A stretch of DNA of 64,000 nt from contig CAMNLM010000002.1 of the NCBI GenBank assembly GCA_946543085.1, positions 20,780-84,779 on the forward strand. The letters run 5' to 3'. Both the position numbers and the translations under genes were made by a program. Origin of the DNA: an uncultured Clostridia bacterium. Lineage in GTDB: Bacteria > Bacillota > Clostridia > Christensenellales > Aristaeellaceae. Positions 17,344-26,650 of this stretch are shown here, one piece after another. Position 1 is the first letter of the stretch. Every line of letters starts with the position of its first letter. The notes under the pieces are model-generated. The model was not told the DNA's origin, ran no database searches, and saw only the letters and a list, made by a program, of their open reading frames with translations.

Positions 17344-18093
17344 ATGCCAGCCTCCCTGCGCGGCCCTTTGTTTGACTATGTCAAAAAGAAATACGGGGCT
17401 TTGCCCGAGCACCTGTGGCGGCGCTATCCCGATTACGCCATCTTCCGCCATGAGGACAGCCGGAAGTGGTTCGGCCTCGTGATGAACATCCGGCGCGGGA
17501 GCCTGGGCCTGCAGGGCGAGGAGGCGGTCGACGTCCTCAACGTCAAGCTGCCCGACCCGCTCCTCGCGGATCTGCTGGTGCGGCAGCCGGGCTATTTCCG
17601 CGGGTATCACATCAGCCGCGGCAACTGGGTCTCGATTCTCCTGGACGGGACGGTGCCGCTGGACGAGGTCTGCAAATGGCTGGACACGAGCTTCCTGGCG
17701 ACGGCCTCCGCGGCGAAGAAGCGAAAGCTCCGTCCGCCCAGGGAGTGGATCATTCCCGCGAACCCGAAATACTACGACGTCGAGGCCGCGTTCGCGGCCG
17801 CCGACGAGATCGTCTGGAAGCAGGGCGCCGGCATCCGGAAGGGCGACACCGTGTTCCTGTACGTGGCGCAGCCGGTGTCCGCGGTTCTCTTCAAGTGCCT
17901 TGTGACCGAAACGGACATCCCCTGTTCCTTTGAGAGCGGGAACGTGCGCATCCGGTCGCTGATGCGGATCCGGCTCCTGAAGCGTTACCCGCGTGATCAG
18001 TTCACCTTCGACGTGCTCGGCGAGAAATACGGCATCTTCGCTGTCCGGGGGCCGCGCGGCATCCCGAACAGCCTGAGCGAGGCTTTGAAATAG
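17344..18093 (+). CDS. MmcQ/YjbR-family domain fused to a PUA-like (EVE/ASCH-like) C-terminal domain
   Basis: The N-terminus LFDYVKKKYGALPEHLWRRYPDYAIFRHEDSRKWFGLVM is typical of YjbR. The C-terminal half WIIPANPKYYDV ... IRKGDTVFLYV resembles PUA-like domains. The start was moved to ATG 17344. Confidence 0.7.
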   Translation: MPASLRGPLFDYVKKKYGALPEHLWRRYPDYAIFRHEDSRKWFGLVMNIRRGSLGLQGEEAVDVLNVKLPDPLLADLLVRQPGYFRGYHISRGNWVSILLDGTVPLDEVCKWLDTSFLATASAAKKRKLRPPREWIIPANPKYYDVEAAFAAADEIVWKQGAGIRKGDTVFLYVAQPVSAVLFKCLVTETDIPCSFESGNVRIRSLMRIRLLKRYPRDQFTFDVLGEKYGIFAVRGPRGIPNSLSEALK

Positions 18094-18096
18094 CGT

Positions 18097-20283
18097 ATGT
18101 ATGAACTGGATATCTCCAACGTCCCCGAAAAGCGGATCTATCCGCTGGGCGGGAAGTTCTCCGGCACAGCCCCGGACGGAAGGCGGATCGGCTTCACCAA
18201 CGTCTCGATGACGGTGGACGGGAAGCCCTTCTTCGGCATCAGCGGGGAGATGCACTTTGCCCGCGTGTCCCCCGACCAGTGGGAGGACGCCATCGTCAAG
18301 ATGAAATGCGGCGGCATCAACATCCTCTCCACCTATGTGTTCTGGAACGTGCACGAGGAGGAGGAGGGCGTTTTCCGCTTTGACGGCTGCCGGAACCTGC
18401 GGGCTTTTCTGGCGCTGTGCGAAAAGCACCGCATGATGGTCATCATGCGCATCGGCCCCTTCGCCCACGGCGAGATGCGCAACGGCGGCCTGCCGGACTG
18501 GCTGTACGGCAAGCCCTACGACGTCCGGGAAAACAACCCGGGCTTTCTCGAGGCCGTGCGCAGGCTGTTCCGCCAGCTGCACCGGCAGATGGACGGCCAC
18601 TATTTCAGCCAGGGCGGCTGCATCGTCGGCACCCAGATCGAGAATGAATACCAGCACTCCTGCGCGCCCTGGGAGATGACCGCCGGCGTATCCGGCGAGT
18701 GGATCACCAGCGGGCACTCCGGGCTGGACTATATGCTCGCGCTGAAAAAGATCATGCTGGAGGAGGGCATCGCGACGCCCTTCTATACCGCCACGGCCTG
18801 GGGCGGCGCGGTGACGCCCGTGGAGGAAGCCCTGCCCCTCTGGGGCGGCTACGCCTACCAGCCCTGGCTCTTTTACAGCAAGCCCGGCATCCATCCCGCC
18901 ACCCCGGAATACATCTACCGGGACAACCACAACAGCGCCGTCACCCGGGAATACAACTTCGAGCCCTCCTATGACCCGGAGAGCCGCCCCTACGCCTGCT
19001 GCGAGATGATGGGCGGCATGATGTGCAGCTACAAATACCGCTTCCAGCTGGACATGCGGGCCGTCGACGCCCTCGCGAACACGAAGCTCGGCAGCGGCTG
19101 CACCCTGCTGGGCTACTACATGTACAAGGGCGGCACCAACCCCACCGGCAGGCGGACGCCCTATCTCAACGAGGGCCAGGTGCCCAAGCGCAGCTACGAC
19201 TACCAGGCGGCCATCGGGGAGTTCGGCCAGCTCCGCGAGAGCTACGGGCGGCTCAGGGCCATCCACATGTTCTGCAGCCTGTTCTCAGGCTTCCTGGCGG
19301 AGAGCCGGGCCGTGCTGCCGGAGCACCTGAAGTCCCTCCGGCCCGACGACCTGGAGCCCCTGCGCTTCTCGGTGCGCGTCAGGGGGGACAGCGGCTTCCT
19401 GTTCGTCAACAACTTCCAGGATCACGCGGCCATGCATGACCGCGCCGGCGACGAGGTGCGCCTGCTGCTGCCGGGGCGGGAGGTCACCTTCCGCTTCGGC
19501 ATCGCCGCCGGGGAGAACGCCATCCTGCCCTTCGGCCTCCCGCTGGGCAGCGCGACGCTGGACTGGGCCACCGCCCAGCCGCTCGCCCGCGTCGGCGGCA
19601 CGTGGTTTTTCCTGGCCCCGGAGGGCATGGAGCCGGCCTACTGCGTCGACGGCCTGGAGTTCCGCCCCCGACCGGGCGAAGCGTTCCGGGCCGGAAACCA
19701 GGTCATCATGACGCTCTCCCGCCGGGACGCCCTGGACTTCTGGGTCTATCAGGGTCAGACCTGGCTGTGTGACAGACCCCTTCTCTGGGACGGGGAAAAG
19801 CTGAAGGTGGAAATGGACGGCGGCGGCGCGGAGCTCCGCGTCTGGTCGGAGCGGGAGCAGCGCTTCGTCCTCCGCGAGCGTCTGGAGAGCGGCCTCTGTC
19901 CTGCGCCCCTCCCCGCGCAGCAGGTCGGCGCGGGCCGGTACACAGTGGAGCTGCCCGCGGAAGCCTTCGCCGGCCACAAGCTGGCCCTCCTCCGCGTGCG
20001 GTACCGCGGCGACATCGGGAGCGCCTTCGCCGGGAATGAGCTGATCTCCGACAATTTCTGCAATGGCGCGCCCTGGGACATCCGGGTGGACTGCTATGCG
20101 GACATCCTCCGCGGCCAGCCCCTGGTGCTGTACCTCACGCCCGTGAAGAAGAACGTCACGGTGGACGCCTCCGCCATGGCCGGCCTGCAGGAAAAGGCCG
20201 AGCTGGAAGCGTCCGAGCTGCTGTCCGCGGAGCTGGTTCTCGTGGATGATTTCACAGTTCGGGAAGGAGAAGAGAGCCTATGA
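18097..20283 (+). CDS. Glycoside hydrolase family 35 beta-galactosidase
   Basis: FFGISGEMHFARVSPDQWEDAIVKMKCGGINILSTYVFWNVHE and QIENEY (acid/base Glu) are GH35 hallmarks. Confidence 0.88.
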   Translation: MYELDISNVPEKRIYPLGGKFSGTAPDGRRIGFTNVSMTVDGKPFFGISGEMHFARVSPDQWEDAIVKMKCGGINILSTYVFWNVHEEEEGVFRFDGCRNLRAFLALCEKHRMMVIMRIGPFAHGEMRNGGLPDWLYGKPYDVRENNPGFLEAVRRLFRQLHRQMDGHYFSQGGCIVGTQIENEYQHSCAPWEMTAGVSGEWITSGHSGLDYMLALKKIMLEEGIATPFYTATAWGGAVTPVEEALPLWGGYAYQPWLFYSKPGIHPATPEYIYRDNHNSAVTREYNFEPSYDPESRPYACCEMMGGMMCSYKYRFQLDMRAVDALANTKLGSGCTLLGYYMYKGGTNPTGRRTPYLNEGQVPKRSYDYQAAIGEFGQLRESYGRLRAIHMFCSLFSGFLAESRAVLPEHLKSLRPDDLEPLRFSVRVRGDSGFLFVNNFQDHAAMHDRAGDEVRLLLPGREVTFRFGIAAGENAILPFGLPLGSATLDWATAQPLARVGGTWFFLAPEGMEPAYCVDGLEFRPRPGEAFRAGNQVIMTLSRRDALDFWVYQGQTWLCDRPLLWDGEKLKVEMDGGGAELRVWSEREQRFVLRERLESGLCPAPLPAQQVGAGRYTVELPAEAFAGHKLALLRVRYRGDIGSAFAGNELISDNFCNGAPWDIRVDCYADILRGQPLVLYLTPVKKNVTVDASAMAGLQEKAELEASELLSAELVLVDDFTVREGEESL

Positions 20284-23200
20284 ACGCCACCCTCCGTGTG
20301 GAGACGGTGATGATCCCCACCTACGGCGTCGGGAAGCCCGACAGGAACCCCATGTTCCTGGAAAAGCGCGTCTATCAGGGCAGCAGCGGCAAGGTCTATC
20401 CCCTGCCTGTGATCGACAAAATCCTGGATGAAAAAGAGGACAAGCCCTACACCGCCGTGTGGCTGGAGAACGACTATCTCCGGGTCATGGTGCTGCCCGA
20501 GCTGGGCGGGCGCATCCAGAGAGCCTTCGACAAGACCAACGGCTACGACTTCGTATATTACAACGAGGTCATCAAGCCCGCCCTGGTGGGGCTCACCGGG
20601 CCCTGGATCTCCGGCGGCATCGAGTTCAACTGGCCCCAGCACCACCGGCCCACCACCTTCGCGCCGGTGGATTTCCGCACGGCCGAGCACGCGGACGGCA
20701 GCGTCTCCGTGGAGCTCTCCGAGGTCGACCAGATGTACGGCACCAAGGGCAAGATGACCTTCACCCTCCGCCCGGACAAGGCGTACATCGAGATCAGGGG
20801 CCAGCTCTACAACCGCACCAGCCTGCCGCAGACCTTCCTGTGGTGGGCCAATCCGGCGGTGGCGGTGAACGACCATACGCAGAGCGTGTTTCCGCCGGAC
20901 GTCACCGCGGTGTACGACCACGGCAAGCGGGACATCAGCACGTTCCCCATCGCCACGGGCGTCTACTACAAGCACGACTACGGGGCTGGCGTGGATATCT
21001 CCCGCTACAAAAACATCCCCGTTCCCACGTCGTATATGTGCGCGCACAGCGATTACGACTTCGTGGGCGGCTACGATTACAGCAAGGAAGCCGGCATTCT
21101 GCACATCGCCGACCATCACGTCTCCCCCGGCAAGAAGCAGTGGACCTGGGGCTGCGGCGACTTCGGCCGGGCCTGGGACCGCAACCTGACGGACGCGAAC
21201 GGCCCCTACATCGAGCTGATGACCGGCATGTACTGCGACAACCAGCCGGACTTTGCGTGGCTCAAGCCCTTCGAGGAGAAGACCTTCACCCAGTATTTCA
21301 TGCCCTACAAGGCGGCGGGCTATGTGAAGAACGCCAGCCGGGAATGCGTGCTGAACCTCGAGGCGCAGGACGGCAAGGCGCGGATCACTGTCTACACGAC
21401 CCAGCGCTTCGACGGGGCGCGGGTGACGCTGACCGCGGACGGCGTGCCCGTCTACGACAAGACGGCCGACCTGAGCCCGGTTCACGTCCTGCGGGACGAG
21501 ATTGCCGTCTCCGTGCCCGAGACGTCCCTGACGCTGGCCGTCTATACAGCCGGCGGCAGAAAGCTGCTGGATTACACGCCCCGGCCGAAGGAGATCGGGA
21601 AGATCCCCGACCCCATGCCGCCGGCGAAGCTGCCGGAGGAGATCCTCACCAACGAGGAGCTCTATCTCACCGGTCTCCACCTCGAGCAGTACCGCCACGC
21701 CACCTATCAGCCCGATCCCTATTACCTGGAGGCGCTGAAGCGCGATCCCGGCGACATCCGCGCCAACAACGCCTACGGCACGCTGCTGCTGCGCCGGGGC
21801 AGGTTCGCCGAAAGCGAAAAGTACTTCCGCGCGGCCATCGCCCGCATGACGGAGCGCAACCCCAACCCCATGGACAGCGACGCCTTCCTGAACCTCGGGC
21901 TGGCGCTGCGCTTTCAGGGGCGGGACAGCGAGGCTTACGACGCCTTCTTCAAGGCCGCGTGGACGGCGGCGGAGCAGGAGACGGCCTACTACCACATCGC
22001 CTGCATCGACTGCAGGCGGGGCGAATACGGCCTGGCCCTGGAGCACATCGAGCGCAGCCTGGTGCGGAATGGCCATAACCTGAAGGCCCGCGCCCTGAAG
22101 GGCCTGATCCTGGACAGCCTCGGCCGGGAAGCGGAAGCCGAAGCCTGGTATGAGGAGAACCTGAAGCTGGACGCCTTCGACTATGTGTCCCGCATCGAGA
22201 GCGGCGACCTCGAGGGCGCCCTGCGGATGATGAACGGCCGGACCAGCAGCTTCATCGAGTGCGCCATCGATTACGCGGAGGCGGGCTATGACGCCGACGC
22301 CCGCTTCATCCTGGAGCAATGCCCCGCGCCCGCGCCCATGGTGAGCTATCATCTGGCGCTCAGCGCCGCGCGGATGGGCGAGAGCGCATACGCCCGCCGG
22401 GCGCTGGAGCGCGCCGCGGAGGCGGACAGCCTGTACTGCTTCCCCAACCGGCTGGAGGACATCCAGGCTCTCCAATTCGCCATGCGGAACAACGAGAAGG
22501 ACGCCAAAGCGCCCTACTACCTGGGCTGCCTGTGGTACGACAGGCGGCAGTATGACGACGCCATCGCCTGCTGGGAAAAATCCGTCGGCATCGACGGGAA
22601 CTTCCCCACGGTCTGGCGCAATCTCTCCCTCGCCTACTACAACAAGCGCGGCGACGCGGAAAGAGCCAGGCGCTGCATGGAGCGGGCGTATCAGCTGGAC
22701 GAGACCGACGCCCGCATGCTGCTGGAGCTGGATCAGCTCTACGCCAAGCTGAACCGCAGCGTCAGCGACCGCTTCGCCTTCCTGGATGCGCACAGGGACA
22801 TCGCCTTCAGCCGGGACGATCTCTACACCGAGTACTGCGCCCTGCTCAACGACCTCGGCCGCTGCGAGGAAGCGCTGAAGCTGATCAGCCGGCACACCTT
22901 CCACCCCTGGGAGGGCGGCGAGGGCAAGGTGACCGCCCAGTACGCCGCCGCGCTGACCCAGCTGGGCATCCGGGCGCTGCGCGCGGGCGAGGCGGCGAAG
23001 GCGAAAGACCTCCTCGAGAAGGCGCTGGTCTTCCCCCAAAACCTCGGCGAGGGCAAGCTTGAAGGCGCGCGGGACAACAACATCCACTATTATCTCGGCC
23101 TGGCCGAAAGGGCGCTGGGCCGCGAGGCGGAAGCCCTGCGTCACCTTGAGCTCGCCGCGGCGGGCGATGAGGAGCCCGCCTCCGCTATGTATTACAACGA

Positions 23201-23531
23201 CCAGCCCGCGGACATGATCCTCTACCAGGGACTTGCCAGCCGCGCTCTGGGCCGGGAGGACAGGGCCCGCAGCCGCTTCTACAGGCTGATCTCCTACGGG
23301 GAGAAGCACTATTACGACCAGGTGAAGATCGACTATTTTGCGGTGTCCCTGCCCGACCTGCAGCTCTTCGACGAGGATCTGTCCCTGCGCAACCGCGCCC
23401 ACTGCGAGTACCTGATCGCCCTGGGCAGCTACGGTCTGGGCGACATGGAGCGGGCAAGAAAGGGCTATGACGCCGTGCTGGCGATCAGCCGCGCCAACCA
23501 GGGCGCGATCCTGCACAAGCAGCTTCTGTGA
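20280..23531 (+). CDS. DUF5107-like N-terminal domain protein with C-terminal TPR repeats
   Basis: 1083 aa. The N-terminal beta-rich region (IPTYGVGKPDRNPMFLEKRVYQGSSGKVYP) matches my memory of DUF5107. The C-terminal half has repeated TPR-like A/Y/L patterns. An ATGA overlap joins it to the GH35 gene. Confidence 0.7.
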   Translation: MNATLRVETVMIPTYGVGKPDRNPMFLEKRVYQGSSGKVYPLPVIDKILDEKEDKPYTAVWLENDYLRVMVLPELGGRIQRAFDKTNGYDFVYYNEVIKPALVGLTGPWISGGIEFNWPQHHRPTTFAPVDFRTAEHADGSVSVELSEVDQMYGTKGKMTFTLRPDKAYIEIRGQLYNRTSLPQTFLWWANPAVAVNDHTQSVFPPDVTAVYDHGKRDISTFPIATGVYYKHDYGAGVDISRYKNIPVPTSYMCAHSDYDFVGGYDYSKEAGILHIADHHVSPGKKQWTWGCGDFGRAWDRNLTDANGPYIELMTGMYCDNQPDFAWLKPFEEKTFTQYFMPYKAAGYVKNASRECVLNLEAQDGKARITVYTTQRFDGARVTLTADGVPVYDKTADLSPVHVLRDEIAVSVPETSLTLAVYTAGGRKLLDYTPRPKEIGKIPDPMPPAKLPEEILTNEELYLTGLHLEQYRHATYQPDPYYLEALKRDPGDIRANNAYGTLLLRRGRFAESEKYFRAAIARMTERNPNPMDSDAFLNLGLALRFQGRDSEAYDAFFKAAWTAAEQETAYYHIACIDCRRGEYGLALEHIERSLVRNGHNLKARALKGLILDSLGREAEAEAWYEENLKLDAFDYVSRIESGDLEGALRMMNGRTSSFIECAIDYAEAGYDADARFILEQCPAPAPMVSYHLALSAARMGESAYARRALERAAEADSLYCFPNRLEDIQALQFAMRNNEKDAKAPYYLGCLWYDRRQYDDAIACWEKSVGIDGNFPTVWRNLSLAYYNKRGDAERARRCMERAYQLDETDARMLLELDQLYAKLNRSVSDRFAFLDAHRDIAFSRDDLYTEYCALLNDLGRCEEALKLISRHTFHPWEGGEGKVTAQYAAALTQLGIRALRAGEAAKAKDLLEKALVFPQNLGEGKLEGARDNNIHYYLGLAERALGREAEALRHLELAAAGDEEPASAMYYNDQPADMILYQGLASRALGREDRARSRFYRLISYGEKHYYDQVKIDYFAVSLPDLQLFDEDLSLRNRAHCEYLIALGSYGLGDMERARKGYDAVLAISRANQGAILHKQLL

Positions 23532-23539
23532 GGAAAGCC

Positions 23540-26233
23540 ATGAAATGCTATGATCTCTCCGGGTTCTGGGCGTGCGAAATCCCCGGCCAGCGCGCCGCGG
23601 TGCGCCTGCCGGGGACGCTGGACGAGAGCGGCGTCGGCTTCCCCGACGATCCGCGGAAGCAGTGGAAAGCGGACGAGGTGCGGCGCATCGGCTTCTGGCA
23701 GCCGGGCGATCCCATCGTGACCCGCCTGACCCGGAAGCACACCTTCGAGGGGCTCGCGGCTTTCACCCGCTCGGTGGACTGGGATAAGCCGGAGGGCCGG
23801 CGCGTCTTTGTGGACGTGGAGCGCGCGCGGCATCTGCGCCTCCTGGTGAACGGACGGGAAGCGCCGCTCTGCCGTCCCGCCACGCTCTCCGCGCCCTATG
23901 TCTTCGAGGTGACCGGCCTGGTCACCGGCCGCGATCGCCTCCACTTTCTGTCCGACAGCAGCTACCCCGGCTGGCCCCGGGACGCGATCGTGTACGCCTC
24001 CGCCGCGTCCGATGAGACCCAGACCAACTGGAACGGCCTGCTGGGAACCCTCCGCCTGCGGACGGAGCAGCCCGTATTCCTCTCCGACGTGCGCGTCTAT
24101 CCCTCCGGGGAGGACGTGCGCGTGGACACGGAGATCGACGCCGCCTGCGCCTGGGAGGGCGCGCTGCGCTTTGCCTGCGGCGCGCTGGAGGAAGAAGCGT
24201 CCCTGCCCGTCCGCGTTCAGCCCGGCAGGCAGGTGTTTTCCTGCCGCCTGAAGCTGAGGCCCGGCGCCCCGCGCTGGGATCTGGAAGAAAGCCGTCTCCA
24301 TGCGCTCACCGTATCGGCGGCGGGTCTGGAGCCCCGCGCCGCGCGGTTCGGCATCCGCGCCTTCCGGGCGGAGAAAGGCCATTTCACCCTGAACGGACGG
24401 CGGGTTTTCCTCCGCGGCGAAACCAACTGCGCTGTGTTCCCGGAGACGGGCTATTGTCCCATGGACGCGGCGTCCTGGAAGGAGATTCTGCTGAAATACC
24501 GCGCCTGCGGCGTCAACTGCGTGCGCTTCCACAGCCACTGCCCGCCGGAGGCCGCCTTCACCGCCGCCGACGAGCTGGGCATGCTGATGCAGCCGGAGCT
24601 CTCCCACTGGGACCCGGCCCACGCCTTCGCCTCGGAGGAGGCGCGGCGGTATTACCGCGGCGAGCTGCTGGAGATCCTGCGGCATCTCGCAAACCATCCG
24701 TCCTTCGTGATGCTGACCCTCGGCAACGAGCTGCAGGCCGATGCCGCGGGCCACGCCTGGATGGACAGCCTGCTGCAGGCCGCCCGCCAGGCCGATCCCA
24801 CCCGCCTCTACGCCAACGGCTCCAACCCCCACTACGGCGAGCTCGGCGCGGATCCCGCAAGCGATTTCTACACCGCCATGCGCTTTCACGGCCTGGAGAT
24901 GCGCGCCGCCTGCGACGGCATGACGGGCTGGCTGAACAACGAATACCCCAACACCGTCCACGATTACGGCGCGGCGGTGGACGCCATCCGCCGCACCACC
25001 GGCCAACCCGTTTTCTCCTTCGAGGTCGGCCAATACGAGGTGCTGCCGGACTTCGCGGAGATCGCCAGCTTCCGGGGCGTCACAAGCCCGGAGAACCTCC
25101 TGCACATCCAGAGGAAGGTGCGGGAAAAGGGGCTGGAAGAGGACTGGGCGCGCAGGGTGGAAGCGACCGGCGAGAGCAGCCTGCTGTGCTACCGGGCGGA
25201 GGTCGAGGCCGCCCTGCGCACGGAGGGCTACAGCGGCATCTCCCTGCTCGGCCTGCAGGATTTCCCCGGCCAGGGCACGGCGCTGGTGGGGATGATGAAC
25301 GCGCACCTGCAGCCCAAGCCCTGTGCCTTCGCCAGGCCGGAGCGCTTCGCCGCCTTCTTCCGGGACGTGCTCCCCCTGGCCCTGCTCGAAAGGTACACCT
25401 ACACCGTGGGCGAGACGCTGACCGCGCGGCTGAAAATCGCCAACTATGGGAAGCGCGGGCTTTCCGCCGCGCCGGAATGGGTTCTGCAGGGCGGCGGCTT
25501 TCAGAAAAGCGGCCGGCTGCCCGGGAAAAGCGCCCCGGCGGGCGGCCTGACGGAGCTGGGAGAAATTCGCGTCCCGCTGGACGGCATCGGGAAGGCGGCC
25601 GCCCTGACGCTGACGGTTCGCTTCGGGGACGCGCAGAACAGCTATCCCGTCTGGGTCTACCCGGACGCGCGGCCCGTCTGCCCCGCGGCTGTGCATGAAT
25701 GCCGCGCCCTCGACAGCCAGGCGCTCGACGCGCTGCGAAGCGGCGGCGCCGTCTACCTCGCCCCGGACAGCACGGAGGAGGCCATTCCCCACTCAATTCA
25801 GGCACAGTTCAGCCCGGATTTCTGGTCGGTCTGCACCTTTCCCCAGCAGGCGGGCGGCATGGGGCAGCTGATCGACAAGGCGCACCCGCTGTTCCGCGAT
25901 TTCCCCACCGAAGCCTTCAGCACCTGGCAGTGGTGGCCCATGGCCCGCCAGCGCGCGATGATCCTCCCCGCGAGGATCGACACCCTCATCGCGGAGATGG
26001 ACTCCTGCGCATTCCTCCGCCCCATGGCCAAGCTGTTCGAGTGCCGCTGCGGGGGCGGCCGGCTGCTCGTCTCCTCCCTGGGCCTGCACCACCTGCAGCA
26101 ATACCCCGAAGCCCGGGCCCTCCAGCGGGCGATCTATGCCTATCTCACATCCGACGCGTTCCGCCCGGCGCAGCAGCTGGACATCGCGTGGGTGCAGGGG
26201 ATCTTTGAGCGCAATTCGGCCGGCAGGGCGTAG
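23540..26233 (+). CDS. Glycoside hydrolase family 2-like protein (sugar-binding, Ig-like and TIM-barrel domains)
   Basis: FTLNGRRVFLRGETNC ... KYRACGVNCVRFHSHCPPE ... LTLGNEL (acid/base NE) is consistent with a GH2 TIM barrel. ATG 23540 follows the RBS GAGGAAAG; GTG 23528 is an alternative. Confidence 0.78.
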   Translation: MKCYDLSGFWACEIPGQRAAVRLPGTLDESGVGFPDDPRKQWKADEVRRIGFWQPGDPIVTRLTRKHTFEGLAAFTRSVDWDKPEGRRVFVDVERARHLRLLVNGREAPLCRPATLSAPYVFEVTGLVTGRDRLHFLSDSSYPGWPRDAIVYASAASDETQTNWNGLLGTLRLRTEQPVFLSDVRVYPSGEDVRVDTEIDAACAWEGALRFACGALEEEASLPVRVQPGRQVFSCRLKLRPGAPRWDLEESRLHALTVSAAGLEPRAARFGIRAFRAEKGHFTLNGRRVFLRGETNCAVFPETGYCPMDAASWKEILLKYRACGVNCVRFHSHCPPEAAFTAADELGMLMQPELSHWDPAHAFASEEARRYYRGELLEILRHLANHPSFVMLTLGNELQADAAGHAWMDSLLQAARQADPTRLYANGSNPHYGELGADPASDFYTAMRFHGLEMRAACDGMTGWLNNEYPNTVHDYGAAVDAIRRTTGQPVFSFEVGQYEVLPDFAEIASFRGVTSPENLLHIQRKVREKGLEEDWARRVEATGESSLLCYRAEVEAALRTEGYSGISLLGLQDFPGQGTALVGMMNAHLQPKPCAFARPERFAAFFRDVLPLALLERYTYTVGETLTARLKIANYGKRGLSAAPEWVLQGGGFQKSGRLPGKSAPAGGLTELGEIRVPLDGIGKAAALTLTVRFGDAQNSYPVWVYPDARPVCPAAVHECRALDSQALDALRSGGAVYLAPDSTEEAIPHSIQAQFSPDFWSVCTFPQQAGGMGQLIDKAHPLFRDFPTEAFSTWQWWPMARQRAMILPARIDTLIAEMDSCAFLRPMAKLFECRCGGGRLLVSSLGLHHLQQYPEARALQRAIYAYLTSDAFRPAQQLDIAWVQGIFERNSAGRA

Positions 26234-26270
26234 GCCGGGATGACAGAAGAACACACAGAATCACAAAACA

Positions 26271-26314
26271 AACTGCCGGGAAGAGGCGCAGACGTCTCCA
26301 CCCGGCAGTTTTTT
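26271..26314 (+). terminator. Rho-independent terminator after the GH gene trio
   Basis: 10-bp stem AACTGCCGGG/CCCGGCAGTT followed by a T6 run. Confidence 0.8.
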
Positions 26315-26650
26315 GTAAATTCATTCATTTTTTTGCCCGCTGAGCGCTTGCCTTCCGCCGCGCCGGCCGTTCTTTCCGTTTCCGCGCCGGCTTCGGCGGT
26401 TTCCGGCATCTGTATGCATACCTGTATTCTTCCCTTTGCGCTCTGTGCGCCGCACCTGGACATCGCCGGGGAGGCGCGGGCACAGCGCCCTGAAAGCAAC
26501 GCGTCCGTGCACGCTCTGAATGGAGGCCGCTCCTCCCCTCCGTTGCTGAAGCCAATCCCGGCTCCCGCCTTTTCTCTCCCTTCAATCCGTGCTACAATGG
26601 GGCTGTCCGATGAGAATCAGGCAAACCCGTCCGAAAGGGATGAGCCATTT

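Noticed and set aside
20094-23516. 1140-aa ORF on the minus strand, antisense to the DUF5107-TPR gene. Similar giant antisense ORFs occur at 72..1025, 4076..6031, 14330..16372, 23465..25792 and 57544..58593.
   Set aside because: The translations are Arg/Gly/Ala/Pro/His-rich low-complexity strings with no recognisable motifs. The opposite strand encodes proteins with clear family signatures. Stop-free antisense frames are expected at about 70% G+C.
26240-26650. The N-terminal 137-codon extension of the metallophosphoesterase ORF. Similar upstream extensions occur at 14144..14443, 16972..17343, 2401..2436, 3794..3853 and 13548..13592.
   Set aside because: The extensions are low-complexity, overlap terminators or upstream genes, and lack an RBS. 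Internal starts with good Shine-Dalgarno spacing give N-termini typical of each family.
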